Below, piece by piece: positions 1 through 14,194 of a stretch of 64,000 nucleotides of DNA. Within the stretch, counting starts at the first letter, position 1. Every line of letters starts with the position of its first letter. The stretch is from Callorhinchus milii (taxonomy: Eukaryota). Under the pieces are notes generated by a model. That model made no database searches, was not told where the DNA came from, and saw only the letters and a program-made list of their open reading frames with translations. A program made the translations under genes and the position numbers. The stretch covers positions 11,036,001 to 11,100,000 of the forward strand of contig NW_024704755.1 of assembly GCF_018977255.1 (NCBI RefSeq), read 5' to 3'.

Positions 1-1949
1 TAACAGAGTTGTGATGTACTGTGGAGTACATTTTATTCACTGTGCAGCTCAGACGGTTCATATTTTTGCTGCCATGGGCTTTTGAAAAGTAATGTGTTGC
101 CTTTGATTTGCACTTTGGCTTAAATTGGAATAGAAAATCTGACAGCAAATAATCATTCATTCCGTCATACATTTTGAACGCAAACCGAAGCCCCCAAAAG
201 CTTACATACACATTAGATTGTGCCAGGTCTTCAGTGTAAAGCAAAACAAAGTCAAAGTCTCACACCGAATATTGATTTATGTGTAGTATTTCCTCTGTAA
301 ACTTTTAGAAAATGATCTTGTCATAGCAAACAGACAGAGGGACACTCCATTAGTAGTATGATGGCTGAAAAAATTCTAACATTTAATTAAAATAAAGCAA
401 TAAAAAATAATTAGTGTAGTATGACATGACAAACAGAAGGTTTGAGTTGAGAGTTAACAGAAGTGTTTTAAATGAAGTAATATGTACAAAGGATATATTT
501 AGGCACATGTGGCTTGCATTTGCAGGAGGTCGTCAGAGGACCCATAGTGTCTGTGCACTAAATAAGTTGCAGAGGGCTCAACAATTTAACTGTCATCAGT
601 ATAAATGCCCTAACTGGCAGTGTAATGTAGAGCTTTAAGTCTCTTTGTAAATCTACATAAGCTCTTGGACCAGCTCACAACTGGAGCTGATTTACCTGAA
701 GATGAAAGGAGGCAGGTCAAGTCATTTAAACCAAGAATTATTACTGTGAAAAAATGATGAGGTACAATTGCCTGTTTATTTTACAGTTTGGTATTCTTGC
801 ACATTAAAAATTAATCTCTTTTCTTAGGTCCACCTTTTATAAATGGACATGTGCGGGCCTCGCAAACACCATTGTAAATAGTTATGTTTGATAAAGCTGC
901 CAACATTATAGATCTCATCATTGTGTTCTGTTGCTGCTAGCAAACCCTTAAACTCTTCATGAAGCTTTCAGAACAATTTATGCAAATAAACATCAAGCAG
1001 GGCCATTTGTATTGGCTGCGTTTTATGCTTAACAACCTACAACAGGGAACAGATGGTCCAAGTTCTGTAATCAGCTACAGAGGGAAGAGTTCGTCAGTCG
1101 CTCAGCTCTCAGTGTTTGTGAGTCCGCACTAACGTTGCATTATTACATTGATAAAGATGAATCCGTGGGCTTTCAGGTCTTAAATACCCATATAAATTCC
1201 TAAAGAGGTAAAGAAAATTAAGATATGTGAATACGATATTGTTAAAGTATTCACATGTCTATGTAAAAGAGACAGTAGATATTTTATATGGAGGTACTGT
1301 ATTACCTTGGAGAAATTATCTTTTCTGTCTTTTAAAGACAAATATAATCCATTGGGTATCAGGTTGGCACACATGGTCTTATACAATATAAGAGCATGCA
1401 TGCCATAACAGGGTCAGTTATTAAGTCAAAACTTATCAAGGTTACAATGTGAGATTAGTTACGACATAGAGAGATGTCTGATTGGTTAGGAAGACGGAAT
1501 GTTAGTGGAATGGTTCAACTAGCCTGGGCCAAATATATATTACTTGCCATAAACTGTATCAGACAAAAGGGCTCTATTCTGTTTTAGAAACGAGTGACCA
1601 GAAAACATTCTCAGAATCTTCTGCGCAGAATTTGTGAGCTAAGACTTCAGAAATGTATTTTTCACTTGAGTTGGATTGTTGAGGGCAGCTTTCTTTTGTT
1701 CTTTTAACTTCAACATTGCAATTATTGGGCAGGCAATCCAAACTAGAAGGTCTAGGTTGCCCCAGGGTTGGCAATAGTAGATTTACTACTGGTTACCTTA
1801 CTATTCTTTTCATCTTTACAGATGGATTTAAATCAAAATCTTGACCTTCACTGGTATGCGGCGTATGTTCTAATTTGTCCATGCAAGTAATAAACAGTTA
1901 ATGGGGGGATTGAGGAGAGGTAAGAAGCTCAATCTTTAAAATGCAGAAA

Positions 1950-2001
1950 ATATTAATATATATAATATATAATATATATTATTATATATATATATATATA
2001 T
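1950..2001. repeat. Imperfect (TA)n microsatellite
   Basis: Seen directly. Confidence 0.9.
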
Positions 2002-2291
2002 AGGTATCACACATGGCTGAATTTCTATCTCATTGAACACAGGACATCGGGCTGCAATCTTGACTGCAACGGTCTCACACGCTGGATTTATCTACTGTGG
2101 CAGGAACAAGGCGAGTAGGAACTGGGTCTCATCTGCACTCTTCAAATCACTGCTGTGAGAAAAGGCTAATTGGGTTGAAGGTCAGTTTTACCATTGACCT
2201 TCCCCTTTGTCACATAGCTGGCCCCTTCTCTGGCCCCTGCTGGTCAATCTCTACTGTCAAAGACAGAGGAAATTGTATTCCTGCCAATGTA

Positions 2292-2403
2292 TTTAGCCCA
2301 CAAAACATACAGTCAATTCACTTTACAGTATATATTTTGTGAAGTGCTTTGAGACATCTAGAAGATGTGATAAGGTGCTATATCAAATGCAAGGATTATT
2401 ATA
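2292..2403 (+). mobile_element. SINE 3' tail fragment
   Basis: Matches the 3' 110 nt of 17534-17859. Confidence 0.8.
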
Positions 2404-3639
2404 TCACTTATTTACTACTACTGGCCAGGCACAAATTAAAGATACCACCATTGGCAGCAACACTCCTAGTTACCACTGATGGGAAAATCATACCTTTAAG
2501 TGACAAAACATTACCGAACATATGGGAATGGACTAAACATCTAATATACAAAATATATTTGTGAACTGGTTTTTTTTAAGACTTCTAGATCTCTTGGTGG
2601 CACAAACATTAATGGTTAAATTGGAATCGTGATTTTCTCAGATCATATCCCATTTCATTTCACAGTCGCACACATTTCCTCAAACCTATAAAGTTGAAAG
2701 TTAATTCATGAAGTGCTGGTATGTTCTGTTATAAAAACTTTCTGAACGCTCAGATCAAATCCTTTCTTGAGTTGAGCTATGCTCTTACCTTCTCCTCAGA
2801 TCCATGATGTAAATTTTAAAAGCACATATTCACCAAAAGAATTGCTTTCTTGTTTGCTATTATATCATTAACTGCCAAATACAAATCATTCATTGAATGC
2901 CAATTGTGCTATGCATCAGCTCTACTCATTGCATAAATAATTACATCATCCAATAATGCAGCAAGCACTATATACAAAAGATTTGTTCTCCCTATGGGTA
3001 TGATAAACAATTCTTAATACTCACATTTATCATCACAAGTTACATTACACTTACTGTACCCTGAGCAAATGTCACAGGTAATTAAACAAAAAATCAAAGC
3101 AGGATAAACAAAATCCATGAGGAAGACTTTATGAGTATTTTATACGTGAAGCAAATTGCCAGAACTTAATTGCAACTTATATGCTAAATATTAGCCTAGG
3201 TAAAACACTATTATTATTTTGATTGATAACAAGGCGGTATTTCAGATAATAATAATAATCGGTGCATTTGATATAGCGCCATATCACATAGATGCAAGGT
3301 TTATTATTATTAATTCAATATATTGAATGTTTTAATGCTGAATGCTCCATTGGCCAGTGACACTCACTATAGACATAGAATTCAAAATATCCATCTGAGA
3401 ATACAAAACTTTAAACTTAACCCACTAACAGTACTGACTGCCTGATGTAAACAAACAATCTCAGTTTGGGGAATATGTCTTCTGGGGTTCAAATCAGATT
3501 TGTATGAAACAATTGGTTAAATGTATCCAGAAATGAAAACACTAGAGTCAAAGTTATGTTACTACAGTTGATGTGCCATAACCCTCCGCAGGTCATTAAT
3601 GTTGTATTGAGCCAATTGGGTAGCATAGAAAATGGTTGA

Positions 3640-3812
3640 ACCCTAAGAGTATGAAACCAATCCTTTATGATTTTTTTTGGTCAGTCAGGCTGTCCAACAA
3701 ATTTTCACCTGGAATGGAATACTCTTTCACTGGAGGGATGCACCCAGCTTACCTAATTCCGGAGAGTATTTGCTTCAGGTGGGCAAGAGCCAAGGCTAAG
3801 GGACCCCAGAAT
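3640..3812 (+). repeat. Unclassified dispersed repeat, copy 1
   Basis: TGGAGGGATGCACCCAGCTTACCTAATTCCGGAGAGTATT...GGCAAGAGCCAAGGCT, shared with 54738-54816. Confidence 0.75.
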
Positions 3813-4272
3813 ATGCATCTGGGAAGAAAACTCTCTGGCAAGATTCCTGCTTCTTATCCAGCTAGTACCACCATTTGAGCTTTAAGTTGTAGGGTTAACA
3901 GGAGCTGAATGGGATGAATATCTGCTCCCAATGATTGGTTTGCTCCTCTAAGTTCTGCTGCTGAGCCAGACTGTCATCAGCAGTGCCCTGGAGTTCCACA
4001 GATCCAACTGGCTCAGAAACTGGACTAATGAGATCACTACGGAAATTTGACATGATTCCAACTTTCTATCGCCAATCACATTACCTTGGAGCCACCTCAG
4101 CTCCAAGGAAACCCCACTTACATCCCCCACCAAGGAGAATAACCATGTCGGATGAGGGAACCTATTATAAAACCAATTTCCAGCCTTACTATTTCTACAG
4201 GTAATGATAAAAACACAAAAATGGGCAAAAAGTCAGTTGCTCCACTGGATATCAGCTTCTCCAGGACCTTAA

Positions 4273-4336
4273 CCAACAACAACAACAATTTGCATTTATA
4301 TAGTGTCCCTCACGCAGCGGAGCATCCCAGAGTGCT
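4273..4336 (-). mobile_element. L2/SINE extreme 3' tail
   Basis: (AAC)n-TTTGCATTTATATAG...CATCCCAGAGTGCT. Confidence 0.6.
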
Positions 4337-4611
4337 TATTAACCAGAGTTCAAAGGATTAAAATCTGAAATCTCACTGATGCAGCCTTGGCTGAGTTGAA
4401 AATGACTGAACAGCTGAATGAACACTGTTCCCAATCATTAAAGGAGAATGCCGAGCTCACATTGTTATATGACACAATGATGTAAAACACCTGTTCTGCC
4501 AATTACCTTCCTTCAGCAACCAGTCACTGTCCACAGCAATGATTTTTTTTTGAAGAACCTGTAGATTTTTATTGCGTTGCATTTAAAATGAATTAGATCA
4601 TAGATTCCCAC

Positions 4612-5015
4612 CCCTCAATTGGTAGGTAGCACTCTCGCCTCTGAGCTTATGGGTTAAAACACTATGCTGTAACTTGCACCTCGTATGTTGATGATTCAAT
4701 GTAGTGCTGGGGGAATGCTGCATTGTTCGAGGGGCCATCCTTCAGATGAGATGTTAAACTGAGGTCCTGTCTGCTTGTTCATCTCAATGTTAAAGATCCC
4801 TTAGCACTATTCAAAAAGAGAAGGGAGTTTCTCCTTGGCCAACAATCCCCCAAATAAACATTATCATTCACTCCATGGCTGTTTGTAGGACATTGCTGCG
4901 CCCAAATTGGCTGGGACATTGGCCCACAAAATACATGGTCACTACTCTTTACAATACATCCTGTGAATACTTTGAGACGTCTCAACGACATGACGAGGTA
5001 TTTTATCAAATGCAC
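4612..5015 (+). mobile_element. Near full-length Deu-domain SINE (SacSINE1/AmnSINE1-like)
   Basis: Degenerate tRNA head, CAGATGAGATGTTAAACTGAGGTCC...AAAGATCCC..GCACTATTC core and shared L2-type tail. Confidence 0.75.
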
Positions 5016-5825
5016 GGAATTTCATTTATTTTCAGTGAAAAAAAATTAAGTTGAATCGAGAATAAATAGGTTAAACCAAACAAAAATATTTGAAGAATTA
5101 AGCAATATAATATTGTGTGGGTTTGCATGCTTGCATATGGAATTATACTTTACTTATTAAATGTTTGAAATGTAATCTTTGTAGAGGGAAATTTCACTTT
5201 AGCTAAATGAAATGTGATATTTATGGACTTTCAGTTTAATTTTAGTCTGTAACTGTAGGAAACAATGTCCACATATGCTATTTTCAGTAATAGTACCATG
5301 TTCTAATACAGTACGGAATGGTGAAAACATAGTCATAAATTTTAAATTAAAATTTGTTTCCGGAGTACTTTTCATTGTACCCCTTTATTGACACTTTAAG
5401 GAACATTGAATAAAAATGTGGAGATTAGTTAACTAAAAATATCTCCCAGATTTTCTGAGCAATTTCTTATAAATAAAGTTTGCATAAAGAGTCAAACTCA
5501 GTCAGCTGGAACTCTTCACTTTCCTCAATCTTTAACAATGACTCAGATGGGCACCTACTGTTTGTACAAGATCTTGCATTTATGCAGGATCATGTCTTGG
5601 AGCACTTTACAAAGTCTTGGCTGGATGCCAATCAACGGAGAGGCAAGAGGGAGCAGTGGGAGGTAGGCTTGGGTGAAGAGGTTGTACTTCCTATAGTCCT
5701 ATAGTCAACAAAGTTTCAAATCCTATGTTTGGCCTCAGAAAACCATTATGTTTGGAATGATCTAACCATCCACTCATTTCAACCTAGATGATATGCTACA
5801 CTTAGCCCTTTACCTTGTTAAACCA

Positions 5826-6103
5826 TTAAACCAAGGTCCCATCTGCCTGTTCAGGTGGACATTAAATATCCCAGCACACTATTTGAAATGAGAAGGAAGT
5901 CTCTCCTGGTTCCTACCTAACAATAACCCAAACAAAATTAGTAATTCACTTCATGCCTATTTGTGGATCATTGCTGTTGTAGATATTGCTTGCCGCGTTC
6001 ACCCACAAAATACACGGTCACTCCACTTCATAGTATATCTTGTGAAGTACTTTGAGATTCTCTCCTGAATCAAAAGACGCTGTATCAAATGCAAAGATTA
6101 TTA
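5826..6103 (+). mobile_element. 5'-truncated Deu-domain SINE
   Basis: Core CCATCTGCCTGTTCAGGTGGACATTAAA plus tail ending TATCAAATGCAAAGATTATTA. Confidence 0.75.
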
Positions 6104-8422
6104 CCTCAGTTTCTCAAAGGAGGCTTAAAAATTCACTCACGGCATCATGGGGCTCTCTACTTGATTACACCAGTCATCCAAAAAATGAATTCAGAAATAA
6201 GGAGATTGCCCATTGGAATGAGGAAAAGGAAGCCAAGAATATTTTAATCCTGCTTAGATAGTAGTGCGGGGCCAATTCAAAACCCTACTGTGATTAGTTT
6301 ACTGAACACAGAGTAATAACCAAATTGCTTATCTGTGTTCAGTTTCACATGAGGCAGTGGGCTTTACAAACTAAGAATCTGGAGTGTCATATCAGCTGAT
6401 TTTATGGTGGATATAACATCTGACTGCCAAGTAATTGCCTCTCATGCTTCGCTTCTGGTCTTGGCATTAGGTGCTTCTTGCTTTATGTTTGCTTCTGGCT
6501 ATAACTACTCACAGTGTATCCAGCTCACTTTGTAAACAGAGTTTGACAGTGTCTGTCTAATTTAAATTTCCAAACAAAATGATTACTGGCAGGGAATAGT
6601 GTATAGTCTTTATAGTTATCAAGGGTACAAGATCCATTGCACTCAATCGACGCTCTGTACAATTGGATTTTTTAAAGCTTTGCCAAATTGAAGGCGGGGG
6701 AGTAAAGCAGGAGGGAAGGAGGCTCCAATCAAACAAAATATACTATGTTTGGGAATATTGTCTGGAAAGATGGGAGAAAGCATCCTGCAAATGTCGAGAA
6801 TCAAAGTCTAATTTAGGAATATTGGAATTGGCAGAAAGTGGTAGCAATAACATGCAACCTTCATTTTTAATAAGTGCACCAAGTTTTGTGACTGAAAATT
6901 CTGCATCCAGCTAATAGAAGATGGCAGTAGGAGCTCATAGAATGAGGGTGAAAAGCTAGGATTTATTAGTAAGGTGATGTGAAATTGATTTTTTGACAGT
7001 TTTGAAATATAGCTTATGTAGGCCACTGAAGCGAGATCAATAAGGTTCTATACTTAGGTCATCGGGAGATAAATCTATTGCAAAAGAGTAATGTTAAATG
7101 CACCGCACATGTGTGGATCTAATTATTCTCTTTCTTAGAAAGCATTGCCCCTCTCTAATAAGCAAACCAAAAAAATTTACTGAATGATATAAGTCGAACA
7201 TTTTCCTTTCAAGAAGCAAAGGGATAGAGGACGATATGAAAATAGAAAAAGGTTCAAGGAAAACCAAAGCCAGATTAACGGCACAATATTTTAACAATAA
7301 ATTGTAAAACAATTCAAAAATCACAAGAGTAACTTTTGAAAACTTAAGAGCATCCCGAAAGGATGAAAGGGTAGGATGGATAATCAGCAAAATATGTACA
7401 AATGTTAAATTTAATTCTTATGGCCTCCATTGCTTTTCGATCCCAAAGTATCTATTTCTAAGTTGTGGTTACTGAAGGAATGTTTTTGATGAGCCGAATG
7501 GCCTCTTCTTGTTGCTTGTTAGGTGATATTTGTGTAGCTAACTGCCGTTAACCATTTGTGTTCAATGCGCCATCAGTGATGGTCCATTTTGAATTCAGAG
7601 AACCACAGTTAGCTTAACCCAGTTGCCCATGCTTTCAAACCTAATAAAATTCAGTTATTTTAAGACTTAAATTTCTGTTATCTTACTCCAAAGTACTGAA
7701 GACTAAAGATGAGATCACTTTCAATAATATTGTAACTAAATTAAGAGTTGCAGGTCTCAATACTCAAATAGATTGCACTTTATTGAGCATTGTACTATAT
7801 TCATTTTCAAATATCTGTCAGAGGCATTATTCTTACCTAAAGCAACATAAAGGGAAACGAGGACATTTCTGACCGCTTCCAAACTGAAGTGAGGCTCATC
7901 GGGATGAGATTATTAATCAAAACCTTAAACTTCTATACTGAACTCATGGGAATTCGGGAACCAAAGGAGATGAGCATTTTAGGTAGAAAATAACAAGTGG
8001 ACTGATATTCAAGTGAGGTACAAATTTATACTGTATGAATCATGGGAGCCCTTGATCCTAAGGAACACTGTATCATACTTTCAATAGTGAATGGCCCTGG
8101 GATCACTTTTCTAACTTCTTCACCTTGATTTATTGGTGTGGATGGAAATTTTAAATAGATTTAGTCAAATCTTCCCAACCTTCTGAACGGCTATGCAATA
8201 AAGTTGTCAATAGATAAATGGATCAAATGGAGATCTCGAGTTTACAACACTACCAAGCAACTTAATTGTCTTAGTGCAGCATTGACCAAGCCTATTTCTG
8301 GGCTGATAATTTGCTGGTATCACACTTGCTTGAAACAAACGCCTGTTCTCTAATTTAATAATATTGGTTTACCTGATCATTCCACAGGCTCTCCTTTAAA
8401 GTACATTTCTTTTCTGATCAAT

Positions 8423-8437
8423 CCCCTAGATGGCGCC
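8423..8437 (+). promoter_or_regulatory. CTCF-like motif
   Basis: CCCCTAGATGGCGCC resembles the CTCF core CCASYAGRKGGCRS; a GC-rich word in an AT-rich context. Confidence 0.45.
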
Positions 8438-9424
8438 TGATACTAGCCTCTAATACAATTTTTGAAAATTTATATTAAATGAACGGCATATGAAATTTGC
8501 GTCAAAACAAGGGCACACATTGTCTAGGACACCTGTAGGGCCTTCAGACATGGTAATACGATTTAGGAGAGATAAGATAATAGAGGCTACCAAACTGGAA
8601 GCAATAATCTCTGGCCTGAAGCAAGTTTATACAGTTTACCTGAGACAAGTGCTTCATAAATATCTTCCGTGCCCCTCATGGCCATTGTGGCTGTCCACTC
8701 AATCCAACAATTTTGTCCTCTCCAATGGTTGTATCTCCACTATTAATTTGCATTAGGACACATGAACATGGAGCTTCTGTTCTCCCTGGCTTCGTCTCCT
8801 GATGTTAAAACCAACTTGTCTTAAGCTATTTGCATTCACCCAGCTATCAATCACAGTCACAAGATTGATTTGGATAAAGAAGACCCTTTGGCCATTTGGT
8901 CTCATCCTTCCTGAATACCCACCAAGTTGTTTCTTAAAGGAGTCCAGACCTCAACTGCCCTCCATGGCAACCTGCTATGATTAATAATTACCCCAAAGAA
9001 GTAATTATATTGGAAACAAATTTGATGTAGAATCTCACAAGCACAGGATAATTGTGGACACTCTAGCCTCAAAATTAAATTCTGTCCAAACTCTCTAATA
9101 AGAATAAAATGAAAAGTTCATTTGAATCCCACTATATGATGTAGTTATGAGGCTCACCATGAAATAGGCTACTTCCTAAAACTAATTAGAAACCTTTCCC
9201 CTTTGAAAAACAAATAGAAAAAAATAAATAATCTGGAATTAATTGACACAATTCCCCACATTCGAGGGGTTTAGTCACTACTTGTGATGGAGTTTTACAC
9301 AACTAAGGGTTTGAAACATCTCAGAAGACGTAAGTGGTATTCACATTACAGGTAGTTTCTGCTGGAAGTTTTCCTCAAAGGAAATGCTACTGAACAGGCC
9401 ATTAAATGCCCTAAAGAACAACTG

Positions 9425-9550
9425 CAACAGCTTGCCAGTTAAGGGTGACTGAGGCTAAAACACTGGACTCATTTAAAAAAAAAGCTGTTTGATTCTGTGA
9501 TGGGAATGTGGGTATTCTGGAGGGATGAGATCAGATGGCCAAACAGCCTC
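9425..9550 (+). mobile_element. CR1 3' end fragment
   Basis: Similar to 17412-17525 (GAGGCTAAAACACTGGACTCATTTAAAAA...GGATGAG..AGATGGCCAAACAGCCTC). Confidence 0.45.
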
Positions 9551-9609
9551 CAAAGTGATCTTGTGAAATGGGACTGCATGGGGCTGCCCTTTCAAAGATG
9601 ACAAAAGGG

Positions 9610-9730
9610 TGGTCAAAGAGGAAGTTTAGGATGTGCCTTGGAAGGGGGAAGAATTCAGAGAGACTTCGGGATGGAGTTCCAAAAAGCGGGTGCAGAATGC
9701 CTAAAATCCGCCAAATGATGGTAGGTGCAT
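9610..9730 (-). mobile_element. Old L2 fragment
   Basis: GGGATGGAGTTCCAAAAAGCGGGTGCAG resembles 52170-52210. Confidence 0.45.
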
Positions 9731-12396
9731 GGGGTGGATTTAAGAGACAAAGAAAAACTAAGAGCTATATATTGGAAAATTGACTTGTTATATTTCACAG
9801 TTCTGAATTTCTCAGTTTAAGATTTTGTTTCTCAAGAGCAATAGGCCAGCCATGATCTGCATGTCTGCCAATGTGTGTGGGCATTTAAAGAGAGAAACCG
9901 TGATCTCAGAGGCTGAAGTGTTTCAAAGATAGTTTCAACAATAGTTTGAAAGCAAACCTAGGTCATCTCAAGAGTGACTCAATTTAACAATATCCTACAA
10001 GAGTGTGACTGAGTTTCGAGCCACAAGACGTTACAAATAATAATACTTTTATCATTTTAATTCTCTCAAGCTGAAGACTAGAAATACGTAGTTTGGATGG
10101 TTTATTTTTCCTGTAGAAACTTTGGAGCACAGTTAGACAAAAGTTAGATGCCAAGCAGAATGATAAACAGAAAATTAAAGCTGAGAACAAAGCAAAGAGG
10201 AGCCAACTTCCCAATCTGCACACTGAAGCTGTTGTTTGAACAGGACTTTTATCTGCCCACTACAAAGAATAAAGTAAACAGAGTAAATATTAGCAAGCTT
10301 AGAATCAGTGTCCACAGGTCCCTGCAAATTAAATAACCTACTCACTCTGCACCTCAATGAAGCGAATGAACTACACTGCTTACTCGTAGGGCTTAAATAT
10401 CACTACCATTCTTGGGAACAAATATTCTGAGTTCTCTAACTGCATAGTGAATTTCAAGTTCTGTAACTCAGGGACAAAGGAGTCTGAAGTTTGTTTTGCT
10501 GAAAGACTTATACCTGCACCGTTCTCTCTCCACTTCCCCATCATATTCAATCTCAGGCCTGCAGAAGTAGTTTTAACTGCACAAATGAAAAATTAGAGCA
10601 CTCGGGATTATGTTAAACATCATGTAGAAAATCTCCAACTTGTGAAGAATCCTACGTCTTAATATTGTAATGATTCATGCAGCTGCAATGGCTTGCCTTG
10701 GCTGACAGACAGACAGCATTTTTCCTGGATTTCACTGAGTCCCATAGAGGATGAATGTGTAATAACGTTTCTAATTTCCTTACTGCATTCCAAAATAATC
10801 TCTGCTTTACTGTATCAATTGTCATAAAAGCCAAGCCACATGCTAGAGATTGAGAGTGAATCATCCTCATCTGATACTAAATCTAAAATCTCATCCTCAC
10901 TATCTGGCTCTTTCACAAAAAAAACTAATCGCTACAAAAAAAAACAGTATTAGTTACCGTGTCTGTTATAAACTGCTCTTGGACACGACAATAATGGATA
11001 TGGCAGTCTCAGGGAGCGCAAGCTGTTAACAAAGAGCTGGAGACATCTGCTTCAGGCTCAGTAGAGAAATTTCTCAACACTGTGGTGGTCGAAGGTGGTT
11101 AATATCCTACCTATTCGGCACGTCGTCCATGAGATTTGCATTTTAATGTTGAAGGATATACGGTACATCTTTATTTAGGAATAGGTTACAGCACTCGCCT
11201 CAGCTTTAAACAATTTATTCTGTTTAAAATGGAAACTACCTCAAGTACCCCAGAGTCAAGAAAGGGTTCATTGCGGGTGTGGAGGTGCGGTTAAAAGTAA
11301 CTGATCCTTTGAGCTTTCCATCCACTATGTAAAATTGGTCAACTTTCTTCTGGATGTTAAATTGAAAATAGGTTTTGCTTTTCATTCCAAAAAGGCATAT
11401 GCATCTTATTATTAACTTTCAACCGATAGCAACTCACTATTTGATTGTGATCAACCATTAGAAAGCGTACAGCAGCAGTGTGGACTCAGGGCTTTTCTAG
11501 TGCATGAACCGAACTTTGTTTCATGAGCTGGACATGAGGACTAAGAATTGGGTTTTAAGGTAATGTTATTTGCACTATGCTAATTAATACTGCGGCGTTG
11601 TAATAAGGCTGATGGATCAAATGCAATATTAATATGATTTACCTAGAATGGGTTAATGTTACAAATCTACAATAACTAGCTCATACCATGGAGAGAGGGG
11701 GGGAAGGGGAGAATTTTGAGATTCAAGGATTTCTATGACAAAGGCAGCATAACCCCCTACATTGGAATTGAAACAATTCTGCAACAAAGAGTAATGAATG
11801 GAGATATTTAGCGTAAATAAATCGGGGCATTAAAAGTAAGATTAAAAAAAAATGTAAAGATGCAGATGCAGTCTGTGTCTAAAGCTGCATTTATTTATAA
11901 ATCGGAGTAAATTGGGACTGTGAGTAACTTAGAAACTAAGGAGAGCAGGGAATGTGGGAGGATCTAATTGGGGTGGAGGTCAGAGAGTTTGTAAATACAA
12001 GCAGGTGAAAGGAATCTCAATCAGATTGTAACCGAATTAAAAGCAGAAGCGGATGGATAGGGAAAGATTCATGAATTCCAGAGGCTCCGTCAGGCCTCAA
12101 TATAATGAATACATCTTCAGAGAGCTATGCTGCGGTGGAAATCTTTAACAGATACGCTGGTGCTGAATTCCTGCATTGGTGAAGATGAGGTAAGTAAAGA
12201 CAGTGGGAAGTCTCCTTCATTGGGTTTAACCTGTCAGGACTCTCTTACTGCAGGTTTTCTGTAAGTCCTGCACAAAGCTCTGTAGCATTATGCGCAGAGC
12301 TCCCTTTGCTGTGCTCCAATTACTGGGGACATTTCTATTGGTAACAGCCAAAAGTATAGCTGTTGTATCTTCTTGGCAATACACAGCCATTCTTAT

Positions 12397-12615
12397 TAAT
12401 AATCATCCTTACATTTGATGCAGTGCCTTTCGCATCAGGAAAGCCGCATCATAAAGTGCTTCACAGGATTTGCTGTGAAGTGTAATACTGTATTTAGAAG
12501 GTGAATGCGGCAACCAATTTGAGCACAGCAATATCCCACAAACAACTATGGAGTGAATGATCATTTTTATCTGGGCTAGGACACTTGGAAAAACTCCTTT
12601 CCACTGTTCTTTGAG
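12397..12615 (-). mobile_element. Deu-type SINE 3' half
   Basis: Reverse complement of the tail and CCAATTTGAGCACAGCAATATCCCACAAAC. Confidence 0.7.
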
Positions 12616-13250
12616 GTTCTTTTCCATAATTACAGTGTTACCATCAGTTTGAGGCTGGAAAGCAAACTCGTGCACAAAGAGCTCTGGCTTCCCTCATTCA
12701 AGAGCAATGTAAGTGGGTAGTATGATAGCTGTGGCCCGAATTGCATTCTTCTTCCAAGTGCACCCAATACAGCACTGCATGGTGTAGGATAAGTGTTTCA
12801 AGACTTAAAAAAATACAAACGGATCATTTGTTTTTCAAAGAAACAATTATTCAATGTATATTTCTGGCAATGTGAAGTCAATGTGCTAAGAATGCGGTGG
12901 AATGACACAACATTTGGATGCACTTTTGAACAGATGTAATATTGTCATAATCAGCTATTCCCAATGCAAACCATAAAGCTATCAGTGTCAAAGTTCAAAA
13001 ACAGGCTTTAATGAAGTGTAAATGCTAATCTTAACTCTATTTATATTATGCTGTCCTTTATCATACCATCTAATGTTACATTAAGTGAAATGTATCACAA
13101 AGAGCTTTATATGCAATGAGAAACAGAGCTCAACAGTGACTTAAATCTGTATGTAGGTTAAGACATTACTCATGAACTGATTAAACAGCATATTCCGCTG
13201 TTTGTTCTATTCATGGAATTTGCACACAGCTACAAACAATTGTAATTCTA

Positions 13251-13510
13251 ATTATAATTCTTATATTTGATAGAGCGCATTTCATGTCAGGAAGATGTCT
13301 CAAAGTGCTTTACAGGATATACTGTATGTGTTATGATTATATTTTTTTGTAGATGAATGTGGTAGCCAATTTGCACACAACAATCTCTTCAGAAAGACAG
13401 CAACTCCGACAATGCAGCAAACCCCCAGCACTGCAATAGAGTGTCAGCCAAGATTATGTGAGTTCACAGTCCTGATGTGGGGCTTGAACACACAACCTTG
13501 TGACTCAGAT
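13251..13510 (-). mobile_element. Deu-type SINE with internal deletion
   Basis: Tail at the left, tRNA-like head (GTGGGGCTTGAACACACAACCTTGTGACTCAGA) at the right. Confidence 0.65.
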
Positions 13511-14194
13511 ACAAGATTAATTATAAAGAACCAATTAAGCATTCTCTGCTTATTTATGGGGCCAAAGAGAAGCTGCTGGAATAATGTGAAGGTAATCTTC
13601 ATATGGAAACATACGGGATTTCTGTATAATGCCACTGACATTATGGTAAGATCATCATGACATTCTTATCAGGCAGTTGTATGAAGAAACACAACTGATG
13701 GCATTTCAAATGTTTTCTTTCATGATTTTAATATTTGGTTTCTATCAATGGTGATTATGGACAGCAGTGTTCTGTCTCCACAGATTGACTTTGGGTCAAT
13801 AATTATGCATATGTAATGTCATACTATTATATCATTTCTGCTTTTTCCGAATTATAATTTACTACAAAAGTAAGTTTAGTCATGAAATGAAAACATGTTT
13901 TCAATAATTGGGTAAGCAATATTTAAGTACTTGAACACTACGATTTACCATGCTGTAATAGTTTTGTCATAAAATTTAAAGTGCAAACTATAAGAAAACC
14001 CCAAAACCCTGAGGAGCAGAAAGCTAAACTCATCATAAAGATAGTGATACAGAGCTAGCATTTCGAGCCATTATATAAACCTACTAAACCTACACAAGCT
14101 CATATAACACAATTGAAAAAGATGGTTTGAATGGCTTTTTGGTCTCCTCTTACTTGCAGTTTGACTGTAAACAACAGTCATTTGGCAAAACACT

